A DNA stretch of 64,000 nucleotides from Chitinophagales bacterium (GTDB lineage Bacteria > Bacteroidota > Bacteroidia > Chitinophagales > JADIYW01): contig CBDCGV010000011.1 of NCBI GenBank assembly GCA_965216955.1, positions 301,125-365,124 on the forward strand, written 5' to 3'. The position numbers were made by a program, and so were the translations under genes. Below the pieces are notes generated by a model. The model was not told the DNA's origin, did no database searches, and saw only the letters and a list, made by a program, of their open reading frames with translations. Position 1 is the stretch's first letter. Every line of letters begins with the position of its first letter. Shown here piece after piece: positions 50,747 through 61,700 of this stretch.

Positions 50747-51997
50747 ATGGCAGTAATAAGACCATTTAAAGGAATCCGTCCTTCAAAGGAGTACGCAGAA
50801 CAATTGGCTTCTAAACCCTATGATGTTTTATCTTCGGAAGAAGCAAGAGCGCTTGTAAAAGACAATCCTTTTTCTTTTTTAAGGGTAATAAAACCTGAGG
50901 TGAATTTACCTAAAAACATCAATGTATATGCAGACGAAGTATATCAAGAAGGTAGAAAGCAGCTCAACAATTTATTGGAGCAGCGTGTCTTGCTAAAAGA
51001 CAAACATCCAAGCTTGTACGTTTATAGCCAAATAATGAATGGAAAACAACAAATTGGCTTAGTAGCAGGGTCTTCTATAGATGACTATTCCAACAATAGC
51101 ATAAAAAAACACGAATATACTCGACCAAAAAAAGAAAACGATCGCATTAAGCACATGAAGACCATTGGTGCACATATGGGGCCCGTTTTTCTTACGTATA
51201 AAAAGGTTGATCAAATTGATGCTATTATCAATGAGATCATCCAAAGCCAAAAACCTGTATATCAATTTATAGCAGAAGATAACGTGGAGCATATTCTTTG
51301 GACAATTGATAACGATGAACTAATCATGGAAATCGTAGCGCTATTCAAAGAAAGAGTACCCGCTACTTATATTGCAGATGGACATCATCGAGCTGCTGCA
51401 TCTTATAAAGTAGGGCAACAAATAAGAGCAGAACAATCTAGTTATAACCCTGAAGCTCCTTTTAATTTTTTTCTAAGTGTTCTCTTTCCAGATGAGCAAC
51501 TTAACATTATTGATTACAATAGGCTTGTTAAAGACTTAAATGGGTTGTCAAAAAAAGAACTGCTTGAAAAGCTAAATCAAAATTTCGAAGTAACGGAAAT
51601 TGGTGAAAAGGCTTTCAAACCTGGTCAACTCCATGAAATAGGAATGTATTTAGGCGGCACATGGTATAAATTAACCGCAAAAGAAAACACCTACGACCCT
51701 AATGACCCTATAAAGGTATTAGATGTTTCTATTCTTTCTGATTATGTTTTAGATCCCATTTTAGGAATAAAAGATCAAAGAACAGATGAACGAATTGATT
51801 TTGTAGGTGGTATTAGAGGATTAAAAGAATTAGAAAGTCGAGTGAACAGCGGAGAAATGCAAATTGCGTTTGCGATGTATCCAGTTACAATTCAGCAATT
51901 AATAAACATAGCAGACTCCGGTAATGTGATGCCTCCAAAATCTACATGGTTTGAACCCAAACTTAGAAGCGGTTTAATTATTAATAAATTTGATTAG
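50747..51997 (+). CDS. DUF1015 family protein
   Basis: PYDV, IKKHEYT, YIADGHHR, MPPKSTWFEPKLRSG. Confidence 0.92.
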   Translation: MAVIRPFKGIRPSKEYAEQLASKPYDVLSSEEARALVKDNPFSFLRVIKPEVNLPKNINVYADEVYQEGRKQLNNLLEQRVLLKDKHPSLYVYSQIMNGKQQIGLVAGSSIDDYSNNSIKKHEYTRPKKENDRIKHMKTIGAHMGPVFLTYKKVDQIDAIINEIIQSQKPVYQFIAEDNVEHILWTIDNDELIMEIVALFKERVPATYIADGHHRAAASYKVGQQIRAEQSSYNPEAPFNFFLSVLFPDEQLNIIDYNRLVKDLNGLSKKELLEKLNQNFEVTEIGEKAFKPGQLHEIGMYLGGTWYKLTAKENTYDPNDPIKVLDVSILSDYVLDPILGIKDQRTDERIDFVGGIRGLKELESRVNSGEMQIAFAMYPVTIQQLINIADSGNVMPPKSTWFEPKLRSGLIINKFD

Positions 51998-52011
51998 AAA
52001 GAAAATATAAT

Positions 52012-53157
52012 ATGAAATTCGGAACGAAAGTAATACATGCAGGTATAGAGCCTGATTCTGGAACAGGGGCAATTATGACCCCCATTTTCCAAACTTCCAC
52101 CTTTGTGCAAGATGCACCAGGAAAACATAAAGGGTATGAATATGCAAGGACACTAAACCCAACAAGGGCCGTTCTCGAAAAGAATATAGCCGCTTTAGAA
52201 AATGGGAAATTTGGATTAGCTTTTGCGAGCGGAATGGCTGCAACAGATACTGTAATTCACTTATTAAATCCGGGAGATGAAGTTATAGCGACTAATGATT
52301 TGTATGGAGGTACTTATCGGATGTTTACCAAAATATATCAAAACTATGGAATCAAATTTCATTTTATAGACCTTAGCGATGCAGACCGTTTAGACAATTT
52401 TATTAACGAAAAAACTAAACTGATTTGGATCGAAACACCAACAAATCCTATGTTAAACATTATTGATATTGAATCAATATGTACAAAAGCCCAACAAAAA
52501 GGTATTAAGGTCTGTGTAGACAACACTTTTGCAACTCCTTATCTACAACAACCACTTGATTTGGGAGCAGATATTGTTGTACATTCTGCGACAAAATATT
52601 TAGCAGGACACTCTGACGTTATACTTGGACTTGCGGTTACCAGTGATGAAGAACTAGCAGAACAACTATATTTTCTACAAAATAGTATTGGGGCTGTCCC
52701 CGGCCCTCAAGATTGTTTTCTAACGTTAAGAGGTATAAAAACACTACACTTAAGAGTTCAAAGAAGCAGCGAAAATGCCATGCAAATTGCAAAAGCGCTA
52801 AAACAAATAGATCGAGTTGACAAGGTTTATTTTCCAGGATTAGAAGAACACAAAGGTCATGACATTGCAAAAAAACAAATGAAAGACTTTGGAGGAATGG
52901 TTTCTTTTAGCCTAAAAGAAGACACTATCGAAGCAGCTAATAATGTTTTATCAAGTACATCCCTGTTTTCACTTGCAGAATCATTAGGTGGAGTCGAATC
53001 ATTAATTGGCCATCCAGCAACAATGACCCATGCCTCAATTCCTGAAGAGGAAAGATTAAAAACAGGTGTTACAAATTCTCTTATTAGATTAAGTGTTGGA
53101 ATAGAAGACATTGATGACCTTATCAATGACCTTGCAAACGCAATTAATGCATCTTAA
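52012..53157 (+). CDS. PLP-dependent trans-sulfuration enzyme (cystathionine gamma-synthase/lyase)
   Basis: FASGMAA, ETPTNP, VDNTF, HSATKYLAGHSD (PLP Lys), AESLGGVESL. Confidence 0.93.
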   Translation: MKFGTKVIHAGIEPDSGTGAIMTPIFQTSTFVQDAPGKHKGYEYARTLNPTRAVLEKNIAALENGKFGLAFASGMAATDTVIHLLNPGDEVIATNDLYGGTYRMFTKIYQNYGIKFHFIDLSDADRLDNFINEKTKLIWIETPTNPMLNIIDIESICTKAQQKGIKVCVDNTFATPYLQQPLDLGADIVVHSATKYLAGHSDVILGLAVTSDEELAEQLYFLQNSIGAVPGPQDCFLTLRGIKTLHLRVQRSSENAMQIAKALKQIDRVDKVYFPGLEEHKGHDIAKKQMKDFGGMVSFSLKEDTIEAANNVLSSTSLFSLAESLGGVESLIGHPATMTHASIPEEERLKTGVTNSLIRLSVGIEDIDDLINDLANAINAS

Positions 53158-53832
53158 ATGCTAGTTTTAATTGCTGTTGCTTTAGCTCCTGTTTTCGCTA
53201 TTGTCTGGTACATTTATCAAAAAGACAAATACGAAAAAGAACCTGCAGCTTTACTGCTTAAAAGTTTTTTTCTAGGTATCCTTAGTATTATTCCTGCATT
53301 AATTGGCTCTGCTATTGGAGGATCTTTTTTTGAGGTTTCTGCTAATCCTATAATTACTGCTATTTATGCGTTTGGAGTAATTGCTTTGAGCGAAGAATTT
53401 GCGAAGTTTATATTCTTACGATTCGTCATGTTTCCCAAAAAAGAATTTGATGAACCAATAGATGGGATTGTTTATGGTGTGATGATTGGAATGGGCTTTG
53501 CTGCTTTCGAAAATGTATTATACGTAATAGAAGGTGGCCTTTCGACAGCTATTTTAAGAATGTTTACAGCAGTCCCTGCACATGCTGTATTTGGTGTTGC
53601 AATGGGTTACTATGTCGGGATGGATAAGTTTACAAATACAAGTGCGACCAGGCTTTCTTTAATTGGTTTGTTTATTGCGATACTGTTGCATGGGGCCTAC
53701 GATTTCTTCCTTTTACAAACAAATATTCCCGCGCTAACATTAGTTTCTTTTGTTGGTCTTGCTTTAGCTATTAGATGGTCAAAAAAAGCAATTAAAACCC
53801 ATCAAAACCTTTCTCCTTTTAAACAAAATTAG
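53158..53832 (+). CDS. PrsW family intramembrane protease
   Basis: EEFAK, GFAAFEN, PAHA, LHGAYD in a multi-TM protein. Confidence 0.92.
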   Translation: MLVLIAVALAPVFAIVWYIYQKDKYEKEPAALLLKSFFLGILSIIPALIGSAIGGSFFEVSANPIITAIYAFGVIALSEEFAKFIFLRFVMFPKKEFDEPIDGIVYGVMIGMGFAAFENVLYVIEGGLSTAILRMFTAVPAHAVFGVAMGYYVGMDKFTNTSATRLSLIGLFIAILLHGAYDFFLLQTNIPALTLVSFVGLALAIRWSKKAIKTHQNLSPFKQN

Positions 53833-53834
53833 AG

Positions 53835-54608
53835 ATGACCTCCTCCAAAACAATTGAACTTCTTGAAAAGTATTATACTATTTATAATCAACCTAACTTT
53901 ATAGAGGATGACCCAATCTCCATTCCACACCAATTTTCTAAGCAACAAGACATTGAAATTTCAGGGTTTTTTGCTGCAATTCTTGCATGGGGACAAAGAA
54001 AGACAATTATTAATAAGTGCAATGATTTAATGAATCTAATGGATAAAAGCCCTCATGATTTTATTATCAATCATCAACCTCATGATTTAAAAAAATTTAA
54101 AGACTTTAAACACCGAACTTTTAACTACACTGATCTGCTCTATTTTCTTTATTTTTTTCAGTGGTACTATCAAAAAAACAAGTCCCTAGAAACCGCTTTT
54201 CTAACTAACGACCGTAATATTGAAGATGGACTCAATCAATTTAGAAGGCTTTTTTTCTCTTTACCAGATTACCCACTAAGAACCCAAAAACATATTGCTG
54301 CACCCTTTAAAAAAAGTACCTGCAAAAGACTAAATATGTTTTTGAGATGGATGGTAAGAAAAGACAATAAAGGTGTAGATTTCGGGATTTGGGAGCAGCT
54401 TAACTCTTCGAGCTTGTTTTGTCCATTAGATGTGCATGTTGAGAGAACAGCAAGAATTTTAGGACTAATTAAAAGGAAGCAAAGAGATTGGAAAACTGTT
54501 GCCGAGCTTACAAACAATCTAAAACAGATTGATAAAGAAGATCCCATAAGATTTGATTTCGCACTGTTTGGTTTAGGTATTGAACAAAAAAAGGGGCTTA
54601 GTTTTTAG
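53835..54608 (+). CDS. TIGR02757 (DUF2400) family protein
   Basis: DPISIPH, AWGQRK, CKRLNMFLRWMVR, PLDVHV, DFALFG. Confidence 0.92.
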   Translation: MTSSKTIELLEKYYTIYNQPNFIEDDPISIPHQFSKQQDIEISGFFAAILAWGQRKTIINKCNDLMNLMDKSPHDFIINHQPHDLKKFKDFKHRTFNYTDLLYFLYFFQWYYQKNKSLETAFLTNDRNIEDGLNQFRRLFFSLPDYPLRTQKHIAAPFKKSTCKRLNMFLRWMVRKDNKGVDFGIWEQLNSSSLFCPLDVHVERTARILGLIKRKQRDWKTVAELTNNLKQIDKEDPIRFDFALFGLGIEQKKGLSF

Positions 54609-54630
54609 TATTTTATTCTCTATGTTTAAA

Positions 54631-54972
54631 ATGAACAAATTAAAGAAAATAGAAAGGACACTGATTCATAAGTTTGATTTAGAACAAGCTCATGAAGATA
54701 TTTCGACCGAAGAAATGCTTAAAAGTTGGTTAGCAACGGAAATCGAATATTTGATAGAGAGGGATTTTAGTGCTTTAATGCAGTTGTTATATAGAATCGA
54801 TATTAATGAAAAGCTGCTAAAATCAAAATTGCAAAACAATACACTAGCTGATTCAGGTGTTGTAATTGCAGAACTAATTATTCAAAGGGAAAAGCAAAAA
54901 TTAGAGTGGAGAGAAAAATTCAAAAACTCTAATCCATTTTCTGATTCTGAAGATGAAGTCGAAAAATGGTAA
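54631..54972 (+). CDS. Conserved hypothetical protein
   Basis: LMQLLYRIDINE and IIQREKQK motifs resemble a small Bacteroidota family; start uncertain (54622 or 54631). Confidence 0.7.
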   Translation: MNKLKKIERTLIHKFDLEQAHEDISTEEMLKSWLATEIEYLIERDFSALMQLLYRIDINEKLLKSKLQNNTLADSGVVIAELIIQREKQKLEWREKFKNSNPFSDSEDEVEKW

Positions 54973-55042
54973 AGGCTACTCACTATTTTAATACAACGCT
55001 AACTATAATTTACGCATCTTTGAATGAAACTAAAGCAACATT

Positions 55043-55615
55043 ATGAAAAAGTTGATATTGTTTCTGTTTGTTGGAGTGCTCTTTTTCTCCTCTTGTAGGA
55101 AGGAAAGTGCTGACAATCTTTTTTCCATTGAAATAACGAATAACGGTGTCGTCAATAGCTTTGTTACTATTGCCCCTAGTGGACTTAAAGCCGCCAGTAT
55201 TGCCGCCGTTTTTGCAAGTGATGACAATAGATATGCTGTTTCAGTTTTTACCCCTGAAGCTGATTCAGTGAAAAACTATATTCTTGAAGAAGAACTTAAC
55301 CAAAACACCATCGACAAGATTATTAATAATTTGGAACCAAGCAATGCTAGTGCTTTGCAGCAATTGATTAACAATATTAAAAAGCTAAATGGTTCTATTG
55401 TTTTATTAGATCAAGGAACACTTACAGATAACTCTGATGACATCATTTATATTTCAGTAAGTGGCAATATTGAAATTTTAGAATTTACAGATAATCAAAT
55501 TACGGGATCCTTTAATTGTGTTGCTGCACCAATCGGTGATGCCGCGTCAGGAAATTTAGAAAACTCAATAGCTCTCTCTGGACAATTTAGTGAAGTAATT
55601 TATACTTCTCTATAA
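55043..55615 (+). CDS. Hypothetical lipoprotein
   Basis: MKK plus hydrophobic core and FSSC lipobox; beta-rich C-terminus (ITGSF...LSGQF). Confidence 0.75.
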   Translation: MKKLILFLFVGVLFFSSCRKESADNLFSIEITNNGVVNSFVTIAPSGLKAASIAAVFASDDNRYAVSVFTPEADSVKNYILEEELNQNTIDKIINNLEPSNASALQQLINNIKKLNGSIVLLDQGTLTDNSDDIIYISVSGNIEILEFTDNQITGSFNCVAAPIGDAASGNLENSIALSGQFSEVIYTSL

Positions 55616-56578
55616 TTGACCTAATTCTTGTAAAATCTGTTTATCAAATATTGCTGGTCTTTGTGAAATTTCATGATAAGCTATCGCCCCTTTCGCATAA
55701 TAATGGCAGACCATACTTTTCCTAGTTGCGTTCTGTTTTTTTACAGGAGAACCTCCATGAATTAAGTTTGCATGCCAAATCAAAACATCGCCTTTCTTTG
55801 CCATAAAAACTTTTCTCTTTAAATCATTTTTCTGAATCATCTTTTCAAGTGTATATTCATACCTACTGTTTAAATCACTATCTATCCAAAGTTTACTATA
55901 TCGAGCTCCACCTACAGAATCTATATTCAAATAAGTTAATTTATGAGATCCAGGGTAATAAAATAAGGGACCATTTTCATCTCTAATATCTTCTAAAGCA
56001 ATCCATGCAGCAATCATGTTGCCCTTGGGAAAAGTAGACATATGAAAAGCATCTGCATGTGCTTTTTGCTCACTTCCATTTAAGAAATTAATGGTCTGAA
56101 AAGGAATAATTTCTTGCCCCAATAACAAAGAAAGCACCTCTAATAAGTTAGCATGCATAAAAAAAGACCTTGCTTTTTTTGACCACTTATACGCCTGCAT
56201 TATTTTGGACTGGGTATAATTAAAATTTAAGATGCGCTTCTTTAATAAAAAATCTATTTCACCATTTAATTGATCTATTTCATCGGTTTTAAAGAAGTTT
56301 TCTAAAATCAAAAACCCATTGTTGTGCCAACTATTAAGCATTTCCTTCGATCGATCTGAAATCGTCAACAAATCCCTCTTCTTAAATCCAAACTTGTTCT
56401 CGTCTAAACCTAAAAAGTCTCGACTGCAAATAGGGTAATAAATACTTTTATTAACCCCGTATTTCTTGTAGAGCTTTATATTTCTTTTTAAAACCCTCCT
56501 ATTTAAAAAATTGTTGAGTACATAAACTGGTTTCAGGCTTCTTAAACTTCCATTATATTTCTCTATCCATTTTTTCAT
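55610..56578 (-). CDS. Phytanoyl-CoA dioxygenase (PhyH) family 2OG-Fe(II) oxygenase
   Basis: H-x-D (AHADAFH), WIALED, YPGSH, WHANLIHGG, RKS. Confidence 0.9.
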   Translation of the reverse strand: MKKWIEKYNGSLRSLKPVYVLNNFLNRRVLKRNIKLYKKYGVNKSIYYPICSRDFLGLDENKFGFKKRDLLTISDRSKEMLNSWHNNGFLILENFFKTDEIDQLNGEIDFLLKKRILNFNYTQSKIMQAYKWSKKARSFFMHANLLEVLSLLLGQEIIPFQTINFLNGSEQKAHADAFHMSTFPKGNMIAAWIALEDIRDENGPLFYYPGSHKLTYLNIDSVGGARYSKLWIDSDLNSRYEYTLEKMIQKNDLKRKVFMAKKGDVLIWHANLIHGGSPVKKQNATRKSMVCHYYAKGAIAYHEISQRPAIFDKQILQELGQL

Positions 56579-56625
56579 ACTACATTAGAAGGAACTAATT
56601 ACGCTTCTAGTTTATTTATTAAGAT

Positions 56626-56820
56626 ATGACAAAGAAAAAAAAGCAAGACAAAAAAAAGAAAAAGATTGAAAAAACTTTAAAAGACAAAAGTTCTACCAAA
56701 GAAAACACGGAATTGCCTATTATACCTTATGAAGACCCTCTGGAGGGGATACAAAAAAATCATGCCTTAGAAAAGCTCATCGAAGAAAACCCTAACAAGC
56801 TAATTGGTTGTGGAGGATAA
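56626..56820 (+). CDS. Small Lys-rich hypothetical protein ending in GCGG
   Basis: 64-aa ORF filling the gap between two minus-strand genes; ATG start in an AT-rich context. Confidence 0.65.
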   Translation: MTKKKKQDKKKKKIEKTLKDKSSTKENTELPIIPYEDPLEGIQKNHALEKLIEENPNKLIGCGG

Positions 56821-56878
56821 AATAAATTCATCCCCCACTTGAACTTTAATTATTTAGCCTCTCTGAAAGACAAAAGGT

Positions 56879-58756
56879 TTAATCGGTAATTAAAACCTTT
56901 TGTGTGCTTATTTCTGCTCCATCTACACTAAGCTGAAGTAAATACATTCCTGTATTCACATTACTTACATTAAATAGGTCAATTGACGTTGCTGCCTGTA
57001 AATTAACTACTCCTAATTTAACAGTCTTGCCCATAAAATCTATAAGTCTTACGGTAACGTTCTCAAATTCCTCACCAATATATGCTAGGCTAATTTTATC
57101 GGAAGTTGGATTAGGGTATACGCGTGCAATTTCATCATTGGAAGGGAAAATATCCAATGCCTCCAAGTTTATTCCTGAACTTTTACCTCCAGAATTATTT
57201 AATGTAAAAGCATTCCATCCAGACCAATCAGAAACACCAATATCGCCACATAAAGATCTTGCTCTAACTTCATAAGTCAAAAATGGGAACAATGAAAAAG
57301 TTCTAAAGCTATTTGCCGGTGCTGTTATTTGTCTTGTCTTTTTTACTAAGCCTAAACCTCCTCTTAATCGTCCTTCAAATTGATATTTCACAGCACTTTG
57401 TACTTCCTCCCAACCAATGGTTGTTTGCGTCCATGTAGTATTTGAAAAAGTAATATTTTGAGGCGGATCACAAGAGCACTCTGGACCTACAGTTGTAAAA
57501 GTTATTATACCAGAAGTTGCCATTGTTCCTAAGCTATCAGTACAATCAGAAGTTATTTGTATTTCATATACGGTGCAACCTGTTAACCCTGTTAGTGTAA
57601 TACTATTGCTCGTGGTAGATCCAGCATTTGCCCATGCTCCGTTGGGTTCTCTAATTTCTACAGTATAAGCATTCCCATAATAAGCTCCTGTAAATGTTAC
57701 TTCGGCTGTAGTTTCATCCGCATCTACATCAATTGCTTTAGGACCCGTACAAGTCGGATTAAGTGTCCCACATCCATTCGATGATCTTAATGCAAAACGA
57801 GCCCCTCCATTATTTAAAACTGCTCGCATTCTGTTTTTTTGTCCTTCAGTAAACATGGTCATACAGTTGTCATCGGTATAGTCCATATAATTTTGAACAT
57901 TATCTCTGGTGTTACACGATTTATGATTTACAGGACATCCTGAATTAGAATCGTCTGATTTAGGGGTATCCCCTACAAAGTCATCAGCAGAGCAATTTCC
58001 GTCTCCCCAAATATGTCTTAAGTTTAACCAATGGCCAACTTCGTGAGTAGCAGTTCTTCCTAGATCAGAAGGGAATTGCAAATAAAACCCAGACCCTTTT
58101 TGCTTACTTCCAAAAAATTGTGGTGCAACAACAATACCGTCTGTACTCGCTCCCCCCCCAGGAAATTGTGCATATCCCAAAATGGTTCCAAGGACGCCTG
58201 ATTGAATATTTCCAACCCAAATATTTAAATATTCATCTCTTGGCCACGCTAGAGAACCTCCACTCTTTGGTTTTTTAATTGCATCATTTGTTCCCCACTC
58301 GTTTCGAGTCGTTTGTTTTCTTATGATTCCTGTTGTTGGATTTCCGTCTGGATCTACAGAGGCTAAACAAAATTCAATTTCTACGTCAGCAATTCTGTCT
58401 TGGAAATCTGTAACTGTATTACCAACATTTGCGTTTAACTTTCTAAAGTCTTCATTCAATACATCAATTTGAGATTGAATTTGCGCATCAGATATATTTT
58501 GTTGCGCTGTTTTCCAAAGAACATGCACTACTACAGGAATAGTAACTACATCTGGCACATTTCTCTGATTAGAGAATTTGCCCTGTGTTTCTATAAAATT
58601 TCGTGTTTGCGCTTCAATTTTTCTTAGATTTCTAGAGTACTCATCATCTGATTCTATCAACTCTAAATGTTTATCATGAGTAGCACATTTTTTTTGAGCT
58701 TGAGAGAAATTAAGCGTAAAAAGAACGGCCGTAAAGAGTGTCAATAAGCTTTTCAT
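56879..58756 (-). CDS. M43 (pappalysin/ulilysin-like) zinc metalloprotease with FN3 domains and T9SS type-A CTD
   Basis: Propeptide Cys (KKCAT), IPVVVHV, HEVGHWLNLRH, Met-turn NYMDY, two FN3-like units, VYPNP...GMYLL...TQKVLI. Confidence 0.92.
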   Translation of the reverse strand: MKSLLTLFTAVLFTLNFSQAQKKCATHDKHLELIESDDEYSRNLRKIEAQTRNFIETQGKFSNQRNVPDVVTIPVVVHVLWKTAQQNISDAQIQSQIDVLNEDFRKLNANVGNTVTDFQDRIADVEIEFCLASVDPDGNPTTGIIRKQTTRNEWGTNDAIKKPKSGGSLAWPRDEYLNIWVGNIQSGVLGTILGYAQFPGGGASTDGIVVAPQFFGSKQKGSGFYLQFPSDLGRTATHEVGHWLNLRHIWGDGNCSADDFVGDTPKSDDSNSGCPVNHKSCNTRDNVQNYMDYTDDNCMTMFTEGQKNRMRAVLNNGGARFALRSSNGCGTLNPTCTGPKAIDVDADETTAEVTFTGAYYGNAYTVEIREPNGAWANAGSTTSNSITLTGLTGCTVYEIQITSDCTDSLGTMATSGIITFTTVGPECSCDPPQNITFSNTTWTQTTIGWEEVQSAVKYQFEGRLRGGLGLVKKTRQITAPANSFRTFSLFPFLTYEVRARSLCGDIGVSDWSGWNAFTLNNSGGKSSGINLEALDIFPSNDEIARVYPNPTSDKISLAYIGEEFENVTVRLIDFMGKTVKLGVVNLQAATSIDLFNVSNVNTGMYLLQLSVDGAEISTQKVLITD

Positions 58757-58784
58757 AACTTTTACTTTTTTGTTTCAGTAACTG

Positions 58785-58792
58785 CAAAGATA
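58785..58792 (-). promoter_or_regulatory. -7 promoter element for the M43 protease gene
   Basis: TATCTTTG on the minus strand 28 nt upstream of the ATG. Confidence 0.6.
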
Positions 58793-58797
58793 TGAAA

Positions 58798-61700
58798 TTA
58801 CTCGCTTATCTGTTCTAACAAATCTTCAAGTAACAATTTTGCAAAAGTTACATTCTTAACATTTTCAAAAACAAGTAACAAATGTTTTGGTGTTTGTTTT
58901 AATGTACTTCTTCTATTTTGCTTTTGAACATAGTTTAGAACCAACTGGAATATCGCTGACTCGTAATAAGGAGAGTCTTGTTTGCTAATAAAGTAACATC
59001 TTAATTTTTTTCTTTTTAGACTTAGTCTTTCAAATCCAATTTTTTTGGCAAGCCATCTCAATCTAAGACCGTTAAAGAGTTCCTCCACCGCATGAGGAAG
59101 TGGGCCAAAACGATCTATCATTTTTGTTTTAAAAGTCAATAAATGTTCCTCCTCTGAAAGATTGTCCATTTCTGTATATAATCGCAATCGCTCTTCTCCA
59201 TTAGTAACATAACTTTGTGGAATTAGCATTTCTACATCTGTATCAATTTGACAATCATTTACAAACTCTTCTTTAGACGCAATTTCTTCTTTAAAAAGTT
59301 CCTTAAACTCAGTGTACTTTAATTCTTGTATGGCTTCATCAAGTATTTTATGATACATATCAAACCCTATATCTGCAATGAAACCACTTTGTTCTGCACC
59401 TAATAAATTCCCTGCACCCCTAATATCCATATCTCGCATGGCAATATTAAACCCGCTGCCTAAGTCTGAAAATTCTTCCAAAGTTTTTAGACGTCTCCTT
59501 GCATCAGTTGTTAAAGTACTCATTGGAGGACTAAACAAATAACAAAATGCCTTTTTATTAGACCTGCCGACCCTTCCTCTTAGCTGATGCAAGTCACTTA
59601 AACCAAAATGATGTGCATTGTTAATAATGATGGTATTCGCATTGGGAATATCAAGACCTGATTCAACAATATTTGTACTCAATAAAAGATCAAATTTTCC
59701 ATCAATAAAATCTAACATTTTAGACTCTAACTTTTTACCATCCATTTGTCCATGAGCTACTTCTATTTCAATATTGGGAAGAATTTTTTTAAGCATTATT
59801 TCAATTTCAACAATATCCTTTATTCTATTATGAACGAAAAAAACTTGCCCTCCACGATATACTTCATACTCTATGGCTTCTTTTATTAACCTATGATCAA
59901 ATGGGTGTACTTCTGTCGTAACCGGTTGCCGATTAGGCGGAGGTGTTTGCATAATAGAAAAATCTCGTGCACCCATTAGAGAAAATTTAAGTGTACGAGG
60001 AATTGGAGTAGCTGTAAGAGTAAGCGTATCAATATTTACGGCGAGTGAACGCAATTTTTCTTTTGCACCAACACCAAACTTTTGCTCTTCGTCGATTATT
60101 AAAAGGCCAAGGTTCTTAAACATCGTTTTTTTTCCTAACAAAGCATGTGTGCCAATAACAATATCTATTGTACCATCTGCGAGTCCCTTTAATGTTTCAT
60201 TTTTCTGTTTTGTTGTTTTAAACCTATTGAGATAATCTACCGTGCATGGATAATTTTCTAGTCTTTTTGAAAATGTTTTATAATGTTGCAACGCTAAAAT
60301 AGTTGTCGGAACAAGCACAGCTACTTGCTTATTATCAGCTACCGCTTTGAAAGCTGCCCTAATGGCTACTTCTGTTTTTCCAAAACCGACATCTCCACAA
60401 ACCAATCTATCCATGGGAACATTTTTTTCCATGTCAGCTTTCACACTTTGTGTTGCCTTTAATTGATCTGGAGTATCCTCATAGATAAATGATGCTTCCA
60501 ATTCATCTTGTAAATAAGAGTCTTCTGAAAACTGAAAGCCCACTTGCGCTTTCCTTTTGGCATACAATGCAATAAGCTCTTTTGCAATGTCTCTTACCTT
60601 GCGTTTTGTTTTTCTTTTAAGATTTTGCCATGCATCAGAACCTAGTTTATTGATTCTTGGAACCTGTCCTTCTTTTCCAGAATATTTCGAAATCTTATGA
60701 AGTGAATTGATATTTACATACAGCAAATCATTATTCTGATATTTTAATCGTACCGCTTCTTGCTGCTGCCCATTTACTTCTATTCTTTCTAACCCAGAAA
60801 AAACACCTACTCCATGGTCTATATGCGTAACGTAATCGCCAGGTTGTAAATCTCGCAAAGCTTTAATCGACAAAGCCTTCGATTTATTGTATCCTTGTTT
60901 TAAGGTATATTTATGAAAACGGTTAAATATTTGATGATCTGTATAACAAACTAATTTTAGATCCCTATCTACAAATCCAACAGAAAGTGCTTTAGAAACA
61001 GGGTGGAATTGAACTTCTTTTCCCGAGTCCTCAAAAATATGGTAAAACCTTTCTATTTGCTTTACATTTTCTGTAAACAGAAAGTTCAAAGTATTATTGA
61101 GTGTATTCCCATTTAAATCACTAATCAATAAATCAAAATTTCGATTAAAGTTGGGCTGTGGAGTAGCATCAAAATCAATTACTTTAAGCGCAGTTGTTCT
61201 TGTATCCTTTTTGAAATAAATTTTTTGATATTTATTAAAATGCTCAAGGATGTTTTCTTTTTTTTCAAACACAGCGTCTATTTTTTGCTGTTTAAAGGGG
61301 TGGTCCTCGTCAACATCGACTAACTCAAGTCTACTAAACTCCTCTAATGCTTTTTCATATAAGTTTTGCAGCAAATCTTTTGTGATTGAAAAGTCATTCA
61401 CCCAAATGATTAGGTTTTCTGGTGTAAAATCAAAAATTGTAGCATTTAATTCTTTACTAAACTGTGTATTTATATCGGGAATTATGGTAAGCTCTTTAAT
61501 TCTCTTTTTTGAAAGTTGACTTTCAGGGTCAAAAGTTCTCAAGCTTTCTACTTCATCATCAAAAAGCTCCACTCGATATGGAAAGTCATTCCCAAAAGAA
61601 AATATATCTACAATGCCTCCTCTTATTGAAAACTCCCCGGGTTCATAAACAAAATCTGTTCTCTTAAAACCATATTCTACCAATAAATCAACAATAAAAT

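Noticed and set aside
48198-52011. TPP or SAM riboswitch upstream of thiL or the trans-sulfuration gene
   Set aside because: The gaps are 81 and 14 nt, AT-rich, and lack the conserved aptamer sequences.
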